A stretch of DNA of 64,000 nt. Origin: an uncultured Bacteroidota bacterium. GTDB taxonomy: Bacteria > Bacteroidota > Bacteroidia > Bacteroidales > B18-G4. The stretch is from assembly GCA_963793485.1 (NCBI GenBank), contig CAWCAB010000002.1, positions 1,061,055 to 1,125,054 on the forward strand, read 5' to 3'. Position 1 is the stretch's first letter. Each line of letters starts with the position of its first letter. Positions 41,350-50,292 of this stretch are shown here, in pieces. The position numbers and the translations under genes are program-made. The notes beneath the pieces were generated by a model that worked only from the letters and a program-made list of their open reading frames with translations, did not search any database and was not told the origin of the DNA.

Positions 41350-42684
41350 ATGACATACGAAGAAAGATTACAAGATGTAACTGTGCTGGGAGCAGCAGGA
41401 AAGATGGGTAGCGGGATACTCCTGCTCACCGCCCTGGAGATGGCCGACCTGATGCTGAAGCCGGAGAATAAGGGCAAAACCTTTGTTCTGAATGCCATGG
41501 ACCTTTCAAACGAAGGACTGGCCGGACTCATGCAATACCTCCGTTCACAGGTACTCAAGATCGCAGAAAAGAAAACTGTTGCCCTTCGCAAAATGTATCA
41601 CGACCGCAGGGATCTGATCGAAAATTCTGACATCATCGAACAGTATATAGTGGATGTGCTTTCCCTCGTCAGGCCTACTTCACGGCTTGAGGCCGCCTAC
41701 GAATCCACTCTGATCTTCGAAGCGGTAAATGAAAATAAAGATTTGAAGGTGAGGATATTCAGAGAGATAGATGATAACAACAATCATGATCCATGGTTCT
41801 TTACCAATACATCATCAGTACCAATCAATATCCTCGACGAAGAAGCAAAGTTGGGAGGACGTGTTATAGGCTTTCATTTTTATAATCCCCCTGCAGTGCA
41901 GAAGCTTGTTGAGTTGATCTGGACCGATCAAACCCTGCCGGAGGCCAAAGAATTTGCTTACACCTATGCGAAGAACCTTGGCAAGGTGGTTGTTCCGTCG
42001 AATGATTATGCCGGTTTCATTGGAAATGGGCATTTCATGAGGGATGCCTTGCATGGGATCACAGAAGCAGAAAAACTTTCTTCAGAAATGTCAATGCCGG
42101 AAGCGATCTATACCGTAAACAAGGTCACCCAGGATTTCCTTGTAAGGCCGATGGGTATTTTCCAGCTTATCGATTATGTGGGCATCGATGTGGTCAGGTT
42201 CATCATGGGTGTGATGAATCCTTTCCTGGATGATGAGAACCTTCATAGCCCATTATTAGATAGATTATTTGATGATGGTGTTAAAGGAGGACAAAATTCC
42301 AATGGGTCACAAAAGGACGGCTTCCTTAAGTATGAGCGTGGGCGGCCGATAGCAGTGATCGATCCCGAAACGAAAGAATATATCGGCTTTGAAGCTTTTG
42401 CAAATATCGATGAAAAACTGGGTGCAACACCGGATCCCGGCATCGTATGGAAAAAACTTGTTCGCATGAAGAATAAGGATGAAGTTTTGATGAAGTTCTA
42501 TGGAGATATGAAGGCACTTGATACCCTTGGGGCCCAATTGGCCATCGTTTATGGAAGGCGCTCAAATGAGATCGGGAAAGCCCTGGTAGCTGACAATGTT
42601 GCCCATAAAGATGAGGATGTGAATACTGTGCTGCTTACAGGCTTCTTCCATGCCTACGGACCGATAAATAACTATTTTGACTAA
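41350..42684 (+). CDS. 3-hydroxyacyl-CoA dehydrogenase family protein (extended)
   Basis: GAAGKMGSGI, FEAVNE, TNTSS, GFHFYNP, GFIGN, PMGIFQLIDYVGID. Confidence 0.88.
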   Translation: MTYEERLQDVTVLGAAGKMGSGILLLTALEMADLMLKPENKGKTFVLNAMDLSNEGLAGLMQYLRSQVLKIAEKKTVALRKMYHDRRDLIENSDIIEQYIVDVLSLVRPTSRLEAAYESTLIFEAVNENKDLKVRIFREIDDNNNHDPWFFTNTSSVPINILDEEAKLGGRVIGFHFYNPPAVQKLVELIWTDQTLPEAKEFAYTYAKNLGKVVVPSNDYAGFIGNGHFMRDALHGITEAEKLSSEMSMPEAIYTVNKVTQDFLVRPMGIFQLIDYVGIDVVRFIMGVMNPFLDDENLHSPLLDRLFDDGVKGGQNSNGSQKDGFLKYERGRPIAVIDPETKEYIGFEAFANIDEKLGATPDPGIVWKKLVRMKNKDEVLMKFYGDMKALDTLGAQLAIVYGRRSNEIGKALVADNVAHKDEDVNTVLLTGFFHAYGPINNYFD

Positions 42685-42704
42685 TCACAGGAAAAATCAA
42701 AATT

Positions 42705-43949
42705 ATGACAAAGCTCAATAAAAAGATATATATGGTTGCCGGATATAACACCATATCCATGGGAACCGGTAGAAGCGAATTTCATCCAAAGAAGCCCAGG
42801 CCCGGTCTCGAACATTATGTTAAAGAAGCCGGCCAGAAAACCCTTGAAATGATTGGTGGTGCCGATAATGTTGATACATGTGTAGTCGGGAATTTCATGG
42901 CAGCCAGATTTAATAAACAGGCACATATGGGAGGCTTCTTTCCAATGATAGATGAGAAGCTGCAATATAAACCCGCAATCCGTGTAGAAGGTGCTTGCGC
43001 CTCCGGAGGATTAGCTCTCGTCACAGCCATCAAGGATATCATGTCGGGCACGGCAGATGTTGTGCTCACCATGGGAGTGGAAGTACAGAATACAATGAAA
43101 GCCATCTATGGTGCCGACGTATTGGCCGGTGCAGGCTGGTTTGGAAAACGTAAAGATGGACATGCCTACTTTTTCCCCGGTCAGTTTAGCGACAGGGCAG
43201 GTGCATATTATGAAAAATATGGCTACGACTATGCCAGGGAAGGTATGGGACGATGGTTCAGGAATGCAGTTGAAAATGCAAGGTTGTGCCCAACTGCCCA
43301 GGAATATGAAAACAAAACTCCCGACCTGGATGCACTTTATAAAAAATTAAAGCCCAATGGCGCTGGATTTGTCGATAACCTGAATGTACTCGATTGCTCT
43401 AAGGTTTCTGATGGTGCATCTACAATAGTAGTTGTTTCTGAGGAAGGCCTGAAAAGGATTGGGATACCTAAAGAACAGGCTGTGGAGATCGTTGCTTTCG
43501 GACATAAGGTGAGGAATATAACAGAGGATCCACCTGATCCGACCGAACTAACATGTATCAAGGCAACGGCAAAAGAAGCTTTGGAATCAGCAGGTATCAC
43601 CATCGATGATCTTGGGACAGTTGAAACACATGATTGCTTCTCTATTGCAGGAGTGCTGGGTACTGAAGCATTGGGCTTTGCCAAACAGGGCGAAGGGGCT
43701 AAGTTCGTAGCTGATGGAAATACTGCCCGAGATGGTAAGATCCCGATGAACACAACCGGAGGCCTGATCGGATGGGGACACCCAACCGGAGGTACCGGGG
43801 TGCATATGGCTGTGACCATGTGGGAGCAGCTGACCGGGAATGCCGGGGAAGCTCAGATTAAGATCAAAGATGAAAAGCCATATGGCTTGACCATCAATAT
43901 GGGTGGTGATGATGTGACTGTCGTTGCCATTGTTTATAAAAAAGGCTGA
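42705..43949 (+). CDS. Thiolase, SCP2/archaeal type
   Basis: VEGACASGG, ETHDCF, GHPTGGTG, INMGG. Confidence 0.9.
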   Translation: MTKLNKKIYMVAGYNTISMGTGRSEFHPKKPRPGLEHYVKEAGQKTLEMIGGADNVDTCVVGNFMAARFNKQAHMGGFFPMIDEKLQYKPAIRVEGACASGGLALVTAIKDIMSGTADVVLTMGVEVQNTMKAIYGADVLAGAGWFGKRKDGHAYFFPGQFSDRAGAYYEKYGYDYAREGMGRWFRNAVENARLCPTAQEYENKTPDLDALYKKLKPNGAGFVDNLNVLDCSKVSDGASTIVVVSEEGLKRIGIPKEQAVEIVAFGHKVRNITEDPPDPTELTCIKATAKEALESAGITIDDLGTVETHDCFSIAGVLGTEALGFAKQGEGAKFVADGNTARDGKIPMNTTGGLIGWGHPTGGTGVHMAVTMWEQLTGNAGEAQIKIKDEKPYGLTINMGGDDVTVVAIVYKKG

Positions 43950-43950
43950 T

Positions 43951-44598
43951 ATGAAAAAATTTGCAGTAGTACTTGCCGGTAATGGCGTTTATGACGGAGC
44001 TGAAATACATGAGGCTACGCTAACGCTACACTCGATCATGAAACATGGAGCAAGCTATGAGGTCTTTGCTCCCGATATCCCTCAATATCATGTGATAAAC
44101 CACCTCACGGGTGAAGAGATGGATGAGACCAGGAATGTACTGATCGAATCCGCAAGGATTGCACGGGGTGCCATTAAAGATCTGAAGGAGTACAGGGCTG
44201 TCGATTTTGATGGGATTGTTTTCCCCGGAGGCTTTGGTGTCGCAAAAAACCTCTCAACTGTGGCTTTTCACGGAGCAGATGCACAGGTGAATGAAGAGGT
44301 AGTGAGGGTTGTGAAGGAAACCAATGAATGCGGAAAGCCTATTGGTGCACTTTGTATAGCACCAGCCATGATGGCAAAGATCTTTGATGATGCCACGGTA
44401 ACCATCGGACAGGATGAAGGGACTATCGAAGCCATCGAAAAGATGGGTGGAACACATATCAATACCAGCCACGGAGATGTGGTATATGATGATAATCTGA
44501 ACCTTTTTTCAACACCATGCTATATGCTGGATGCAAACATCCTGCAGATAGGGGAAGGGGCCGATAATATTGTATCCGCAATGCTTAAGGTGATGTAA
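43951..44598 (+). CDS. elbB: ElbB/ES1 glyoxalase (DJ-1/PfpI family)
   Basis: GVYDGAEIHE, RNVLIESARIARG, PGGFGVAKNLS, LCIAP, STPCYM. Confidence 0.93.
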   Translation: MKKFAVVLAGNGVYDGAEIHEATLTLHSIMKHGASYEVFAPDIPQYHVINHLTGEEMDETRNVLIESARIARGAIKDLKEYRAVDFDGIVFPGGFGVAKNLSTVAFHGADAQVNEEVVRVVKETNECGKPIGALCIAPAMMAKIFDDATVTIGQDEGTIEAIEKMGGTHINTSHGDVVYDDNLNLFSTPCYMLDANILQIGEGADNIVSAMLKVM

Positions 44599-44603
44599 TA
44601 TAT

Positions 44604-44677
44604 GGGCATTGGGCATTAGGCATTAGGCAATGGGCAATGGGTTGTGTACAGCAACCAGCAACCAGTAGCCAGTAAAC
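44604..44677. repeat. Heptamer tracts (GGCATTR/GGCAATG)n and (CAGCAAC)n
   Basis: Read directly from sequence. Confidence 0.85.
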
Positions 44678-44687
44678 TATCTGATCA

Positions 44688-45632
44688 ATGAACAGAATCT
44701 CACAACTCTTTGGCATAAAGTATCCCGTGATCCAGGCTGGTATGATCTGGTGCAGTGGCTGGGAACTGGCTTCTGCTGTCAGTAATGCAGGTGGATTGGG
44801 CCTCATTGGGTCCGGATCTATGCACCCGGAGGTGTTACGTGAGCACATTCAAAAATGTAAAGCAGCAACTGATAAGCCTTTTGGCGTTAACCTCCCCCTG
44901 ATCTATCCCCAGATGGATGAGGTTGTACAGATCGTAATCGAAGAGGGAGTAAAGATCGTTTTTACCTCAGCCGGTAATCCTAAAAAGTGGACAGAGCATT
45001 TTCAAAAACATGGGATCAAGGTAGCCCATGTGATTGCCAATGTGAAATTTGCCCTGAAGTGTGAAGATGCAGGCGTGGATGCAGTGGTGGCTGAAGGCTT
45101 CGAAGCCGGCGGGCACAACGGCATTGAGGAAACAACAACTATGACATTGATTCCAATGGTGAGGGAGGCCATCACCCTACCCTTGATCGCTGCCGGTGGA
45201 ATTGGTACAGGAGCTGGCATGATGGCAGCTATGGCATTAGGTGCTGATGGAGTACAGATTGGGAGCCGTTTTGTTACTTCTGAGGAATCCTCAGCCCATG
45301 AGCTTTTCAAACAGGCAGTACTGGATGCCAAAGATGGTGATACTGCCCTTGCATTGAGAAAACTGATACCGGTAAGATTGATCAAAAATGACTTCTACCT
45401 CAGGGTGAAAGATATGGAAGATACCGGAGCTTCTCGTGCAGAACTGATGGAACTGCTGGGCAGAGGACGTGCCAAACTAGGCATGTTTGAAGGTGAAATG
45501 GTCGAAGGTGAACTGGAGATAGGTCAGATTGCCGGACTGATCCATGAGATCAAACCGGCGGCAGCCATCCTGGAAGAGATCATCAGGGATTATGAAAATG
45601 TAAAATTCCAAATCACTAATTCCCAATTCTAA
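44688..45632 (+). CDS. FabK/nitronate monooxygenase-like flavoenzyme
   Basis: YPVIQAGM, EGFEAGGH, AAGGI, GADGVQIGSRF. Confidence 0.9.
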   Translation: MNRISQLFGIKYPVIQAGMIWCSGWELASAVSNAGGLGLIGSGSMHPEVLREHIQKCKAATDKPFGVNLPLIYPQMDEVVQIVIEEGVKIVFTSAGNPKKWTEHFQKHGIKVAHVIANVKFALKCEDAGVDAVVAEGFEAGGHNGIEETTTMTLIPMVREAITLPLIAAGGIGTGAGMMAAMALGADGVQIGSRFVTSEESSAHELFKQAVLDAKDGDTALALRKLIPVRLIKNDFYLRVKDMEDTGASRAELMELLGRGRAKLGMFEGEMVEGELEIGQIAGLIHEIKPAAAILEEIIRDYENVKFQITNSQF

Positions 45633-45684
45633 TATCTACAATCTACAATCTGCAATAATCTACAATACCAGCAACCAGCAACCA
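45602..45684. repeat. Short-unit tract (AATTCC-type, AATCTAC, CAGCAAC) overlapping the CDS 3' end
   Basis: Read directly; the last codons KFQITNSQF come from the tract. Confidence 0.7.
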
Positions 45685-45747
45685 TCATCCACAATGACAT
45701 AGGGAATTTTACTATATTTGTATAATAACATTCACAATAAACCAATC

Positions 45748-46887
45748 ATGGATTTTACATTTACGGAAGAGCAGGAAATGATCCGCCAGGCGGCACGTGA
45801 TTATGCCGAGAGGGAGTTGATCAAAGACGTTTTGGAAAGAGATGAAAAAGGGGAAATGCCTCTTGAACATGTGAAAAATCTCACCGAACTTGGATTTTTT
45901 GGTATGATGGTCGACCCTGAGTGGGGAGGTGGCGGTATGGATACCCTGTCCTATGTACTGGCCATGGAGGAATTTTCGAAGGTAGATGCTGCAACCAGTG
46001 TCATCCTTTCTGTTCACAATTCACTGGTATGTTATGGTGTTGAAAAATACGGAAGCGATTTTCAGAAAGAGAAGTATCTCAGACCTATGGCTACAGGTGA
46101 AAAGATCGGGGCTTTCCTCCTTTCGGAACCTGAGGCAGGTTCAGATGCCACCTCACAGCGAACGACCGGCGAAGATAAAGGCGACCATTACCTGCTGAAT
46201 GGGACAAAGAACTGGATCACCAGTGCCAATCTCGCATCGGTTTACCTTGTGATCGTTCAAACAAATCCGGAAAAGAAACACCATGGGATCAATGTGCTGA
46301 TTGTTGACAAAGATACGCCTGGTATTAGCCTGGCACCGCATGAAGATAAGATGGGTATGCGCAGTTCCGATACACATTCTGTTATGTTCACCGATGTAAA
46401 GGTGCCCAAGGAAAACCGTATTGGTGAGGATGGTTTTGGATTTAAATTTGCCATGAGGGCCTTGGAAGGAGGCCGGATAGGCATTGCTTCTCAGGCTGTC
46501 GGCATTGCAGCCGGGGCCATGGAACGAGCCATACAATACTCAAAAGAAAGAAAAGCTTTCGGGAAATTTATCAGTGAGCACCAGGCCATTGCCTTCAAAC
46601 TTGCAGATATGGCCGTTAAGGTAGAAGCAGCCCGGAACCTGGTCTATAAATCAGCATGGCTTAAAGATAATGACCAGCCTTATGGTATTGCCAGCGCTAT
46701 GGCAAAACAATTTGCAGCCGATGCAGCCATGGAGATTACCACTGAAGCTGTGCAGGTTCTCGGAGGTTATGGTTACGTGAAGGAATACCACGTAGAAAGG
46801 CTAATGCGCGAAGCAAAACTTACACAGATTTATGAAGGCACCTCGGAAATTCAAAAAATTGTAATTTCGCGATCAATACTTAAGTAG
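45748..46887 (+). CDS. Short-chain acyl-CoA dehydrogenase
   Basis: LSEPEAGSDA, NGTKNWIT, GRIGIA, GGYGY, IYEGTSEIQ. Confidence 0.94.
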   Translation: MDFTFTEEQEMIRQAARDYAERELIKDVLERDEKGEMPLEHVKNLTELGFFGMMVDPEWGGGGMDTLSYVLAMEEFSKVDAATSVILSVHNSLVCYGVEKYGSDFQKEKYLRPMATGEKIGAFLLSEPEAGSDATSQRTTGEDKGDHYLLNGTKNWITSANLASVYLVIVQTNPEKKHHGINVLIVDKDTPGISLAPHEDKMGMRSSDTHSVMFTDVKVPKENRIGEDGFGFKFAMRALEGGRIGIASQAVGIAAGAMERAIQYSKERKAFGKFISEHQAIAFKLADMAVKVEAARNLVYKSAWLKDNDQPYGIASAMAKQFAADAAMEITTEAVQVLGGYGYVKEYHVERLMREAKLTQIYEGTSEIQKIVISRSILK

Positions 46888-46983
46888 TTTTGGGTTTTGA
46901 GTGTTGGGTGTTGGGTTGGTTATAAGTTTCAACTTATCAGTTTTTTATTGCCTAAAGCCTATAGCCTAATGCCTACAGCCTAA
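46887..46983. repeat. Heptamer tracts (TTTTGGG/TGTTGGG) and (GCCTANN)
   Basis: Read directly from sequence. Confidence 0.8.
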
Positions 46984-47016
46984 TTTAGCAATTTAACCAC
47001 GTAATAATATATAAGT

Positions 47017-47766
47017 ATGAAAATCCTAGTATGTATCAGTAATGTACCGGATACCACAACCAAGATTCGGTTTACGGATAACAACACGGCTTTTGATGCC
47101 ACCGGGGTACAATGGATCATCAACCCCTGGGATGAACTGGCATTGACCCGTGCGCTCGAGCTGAAAGAAGCTTCTGCAGGCGCAATAGAGAAGATCACTG
47201 TGATCAATGTTGGACCTCAGTCATCAGAACCTACCATCAGGAAAGCACTGGCTATTGGTGCCGACGATGCTGTCAGGATTGATGCAGAGCCTGCCGACGC
47301 CTATGCCGTTGCTTCAAACCTTTCTTCTTACCTGAAAGATAATGTTTACGATATCATCCTTTGTGGGATAGACTCAAGCGATTATAATGGTTCACTGGTA
47401 GGTGGCATGCTGGCCGAATTCCTGGATATGCCATCAGTTTCTTCAGTATCCAAACTGGAAATAGAAGGTGGCGAGATCAGACTGAACCGCGAGATTGATG
47501 GTGGTTCGGAAGTGCTTTCCACTGCAGTGCCTTTCGTGGCCGTTGTCCAAAAAGGGATTGCCCTCGAGCCCAGGATACCCTCTATGAGAGGTATTATGAT
47601 GGCCAGGAAGAAACCACTGAACGTAATTCCTTCGGCGGGAGAGGCGGCACTGACCGAATTTGTCAGTTATGATCTTCCAGCTGCAAAGGCAGCCTGTAAA
47701 ATGGTTGATGCTGAAAACGTTAAAGAATTGGTGGACCTGCTTCACAATGAAGCGAAAGTCATATAG
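47017..47766 (+). CDS. etfB: Electron transfer flavoprotein beta subunit
   Basis: VPDT, INPWDE, ALAIGAD, REIDGG, PRIPSMRGIM. Confidence 0.95.
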   Translation: MKILVCISNVPDTTTKIRFTDNNTAFDATGVQWIINPWDELALTRALELKEASAGAIEKITVINVGPQSSEPTIRKALAIGADDAVRIDAEPADAYAVASNLSSYLKDNVYDIILCGIDSSDYNGSLVGGMLAEFLDMPSVSSVSKLEIEGGEIRLNREIDGGSEVLSTAVPFVAVVQKGIALEPRIPSMRGIMMARKKPLNVIPSAGEAALTEFVSYDLPAAKAACKMVDAENVKELVDLLHNEAKVI

Positions 47767-47812
47767 CATTTAGCGTTTAACATTTAGTATTGAAAACTTA
47801 AAATTAAAAAAA

Positions 47813-48784
47813 ATGTCCGTATTAGTATATACCGAAAACTGGGATGGCAAATTCAAGAAACTTAGCTTTGAGCTGGTTTCATATGCCAAACAGATCGCCG
47901 AACAGTCAGGTACCAGCGTTACAGCCCTTTCGATAGGAGCCGTAGACGATGCCGAACTGAAGAAACTTGGCAATTATGGAGCCGACAAAGTTCTTTCTGC
48001 CACTGACGAAAGACTAAATATGCTGATCAATAAAGCATATGCATCAGTGATTGCCGAAGCAGCAGAAAAAGAAGGCGCAAATGTGATCATTTTTGCCAAT
48101 AACTTTACAGGAAAAGCACTTTCTCCGAGGGTATCGGTGAAACTGAAGGCAGGTATTGCCTCCGGTGTAAATGCTGTGCCTTCCTCATACGATCCATTTA
48201 CAGTGAGTAAGAAAGTGTTTACCGGCAAGGCCTTCGCCAATGTTGTGATCAAATCAGAGAAGAAGATCCTTACACTCTTCCAGAACTCTGTTGAAATCAA
48301 TGAGTCCGGAAATGAAGCCCCTGTTGAGGCCTTCAGTCCGGTACTTAACGATGCCGATTTTGCCACCAAAGTACTTGATGTAAATAAGATCACCGGAACA
48401 GTTCTTCTGTCAGATGCGGAAGTTGTTGTATCAGGTGGACGTGGTATGAAAAATGGCGATAACTGGGGTCCGCTGGAAGAATTGGCAACAGAATTAGGTG
48501 CTGCACTGGCCTGTTCACGTCCGGTATCGGATGAAGGCTGGCGTCCTCATTCAGAACATGTTGGCCAAACCGGAAAGATCATTGCACCAAACCTGTATTT
48601 TGCCATGGGTATCTCAGGAGCCATTCAGCACCTGGGGGGTGTGAGTTCCTCAAAATGCATCGTGGCAGTCAATACCGACAAGGACGCCCCGATCTTCGAG
48701 GCTGCCGATTACGGTATTGTTGGCGATGCACAGAAAGTGCTTCCGGAGCTGATCTCTGCCATTAAGGAGATGAAAAACTCATAA
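47813..48784 (+). CDS. etfA: Electron transfer flavoprotein alpha subunit
   Basis: VVSGGRG, SRPV, VGQTGK, GISGAIQH, APIF. Confidence 0.95.
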   Translation: MSVLVYTENWDGKFKKLSFELVSYAKQIAEQSGTSVTALSIGAVDDAELKKLGNYGADKVLSATDERLNMLINKAYASVIAEAAEKEGANVIIFANNFTGKALSPRVSVKLKAGIASGVNAVPSSYDPFTVSKKVFTGKAFANVVIKSEKKILTLFQNSVEINESGNEAPVEAFSPVLNDADFATKVLDVNKITGTVLLSDAEVVVSGGRGMKNGDNWGPLEELATELGAALACSRPVSDEGWRPHSEHVGQTGKIIAPNLYFAMGISGAIQHLGGVSSSKCIVAVNTDKDAPIFEAADYGIVGDAQKVLPELISAIKEMKNS

Positions 48785-48793
48785 GATCAACAG

Positions 48794-48824
48794 TGACCTC
48801 ACAGGTCAGTGACCTGTGAGGTCA
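48794..48824. repeat. REP-like palindrome doublet (GACCT-NNN-AGGTC)x2
   Basis: TGACCTCACAGGTC-AGT-GACCTGTGAGGTCA; sister copy at 52467-52497. Confidence 0.8.
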
Positions 48825-48877
48825 GCTTTAAGGGTCATTTTGGCTATAAGGTGAGATCTATCCGGTTTGTAAGTATT

Positions 48878-48903
48878 GGATTTCTCTCTTCGTTCGAAAT
48901 GAC
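48878..48903 (-). repeat. REP-like element, GTCATTTCGA family (reverse orientation)
   Basis: Reverse complement GTCATTTCGAACGAAGAGAGAAATCC. Confidence 0.7.
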
Positions 48904-48940
48904 TCTTTTCATTTACCTTTGTTATAAATACATGAACACC

Positions 48941-50011
48941 ATGAAAAAAATAACACTTTCGATCATATCATTGTTGATGATACTTATTTCTTCAGCCCAG
49001 ATCACCATACTTTCAACCGACCTCATGGATGTTGGTGACTCCGTTCAACTTGCCAATGTGGAAACCATACCTGCAGGTTTTGGCCCCGGTTCGGCCGGGC
49101 CGAATCAGCATTGGGATTTTTCCAGTCTTGAGAAAGATACAGTCCTTAGTTTGAACTTTGTCAATCCGGGAGCAACTCCTTATGGGTCAAGCTTTCCTTT
49201 TTCCAATGTCGCTGTTGAAGGATTGGTAGTGTCCGGATATGGGGTTGAAGGATGGGCCTATGGGACTAAAACCACATCTTTGTTTCAAATAGATGGTGCT
49301 GGAGGCAGTTACGAAATGTTTGAGGATGTGATTGTACCCTTCAACCCGCCAGAGGTCATGTTCGACTTCCCGGTAAACTATGAGGACAGTCTTCAACAAA
49401 CTTCAACCATTGATATTCGTTTGGACAGCCCCGAGCCTGCCGTTGATTCAATCAGGGTCAAGGTGGTTACTTCCGTTGATTCCAGGGTAGATGCCTGGGG
49501 AGAGGTGATGACTCCCACCTGGACCGGTGATGTGCTTCGTTTCAGGGATGTGCGAACCACCATTGATTCTGCCTGGGCGAAAGTAGTCTTCTTCTGGGTT
49601 TTCATTGAAACGAATACCAATGTCAGCGTTACATATAAGTATATGGCCAACAATGTGGGTTACCCTGTTTTACAGTTCAATGCCAATGCAGATGAAACTG
49701 AATTCAGTGGCTTGAACTTTATGCTTGATGCTGGTGTGGGAGAACAGGAACTGTTCGCACATAATGAGATTGAAATTAATATTTTTCCCAACCCTGCCAG
49801 CGATGTGATGTATTGCAGAGTTCAGCATGTAGAAGTTGAAGGAGAAATTGTCATTTATGACATGCATGGAAGGCAATTGAAAACTCTACCAGTGACCAGT
49901 AACCAGCAACAATATAAAATAGATGTCTCTGCTTTTCCAGCCGGATTATATCAGCTTGTTCTAAAGGCTGACGGTAAAGGTGTTTCAGCAAAGAAGTTTG
50001 TAGTGCGGTAG
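48941..50011 (+). CDS. T9SS type A sorting domain-containing protein
   Basis: Signal peptide MKKITLSI...SAQITI, GPNQHWDFS, DAWGEV.TP; C-terminal IFPNPASD...AGLYQL...KKFVVR. Confidence 0.88.
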   Translation: MKKITLSIISLLMILISSAQITILSTDLMDVGDSVQLANVETIPAGFGPGSAGPNQHWDFSSLEKDTVLSLNFVNPGATPYGSSFPFSNVAVEGLVVSGYGVEGWAYGTKTTSLFQIDGAGGSYEMFEDVIVPFNPPEVMFDFPVNYEDSLQQTSTIDIRLDSPEPAVDSIRVKVVTSVDSRVDAWGEVMTPTWTGDVLRFRDVRTTIDSAWAKVVFFWVFIETNTNVSVTYKYMANNVGYPVLQFNANADETEFSGLNFMLDAGVGEQELFAHNEIEINIFPNPASDVMYCRVQHVEVEGEIVIYDMHGRQLKTLPVTSNQQQYKIDVSAFPAGLYQLVLKADGKGVSAKKFVVR

Positions 50012-50076
50012 GGGTGCGCGGTGCGCGGGACGTGGGAAATTATGCGTTTAAAATAAGTAAGTATTAGATCATAACC

Positions 50077-50224
50077 GTTTCCTCAGTCGCTCCGCTCTTT
50101 CTTTTATTCTTTTGTGTTTTTTCTGTCATCCCGAACGTAGTGAGGGAACCCCTTCCTTAGTAGAGAAGTTATCTGTCATTCCGAAAGGAGTCCCGATAGT
50201 TATCGGGACGACTGAGGAACCCCC
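50077..50224. repeat. Cluster of TGTCATYCCGA-family REP-like elements
   Basis: Half copy near 50077; copies at 50124-50152 and 50174-50224, the latter with nested palindrome GTCCCGATAGTTATCGGGAC. Confidence 0.75.
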
Positions 50225-50292
50225 TTGAAGTTTGAAGTACTCTTAAAAGGGTCAGTCTATGCTTTGCTGCTCGTTCTTCGTTCCTCGATCTT

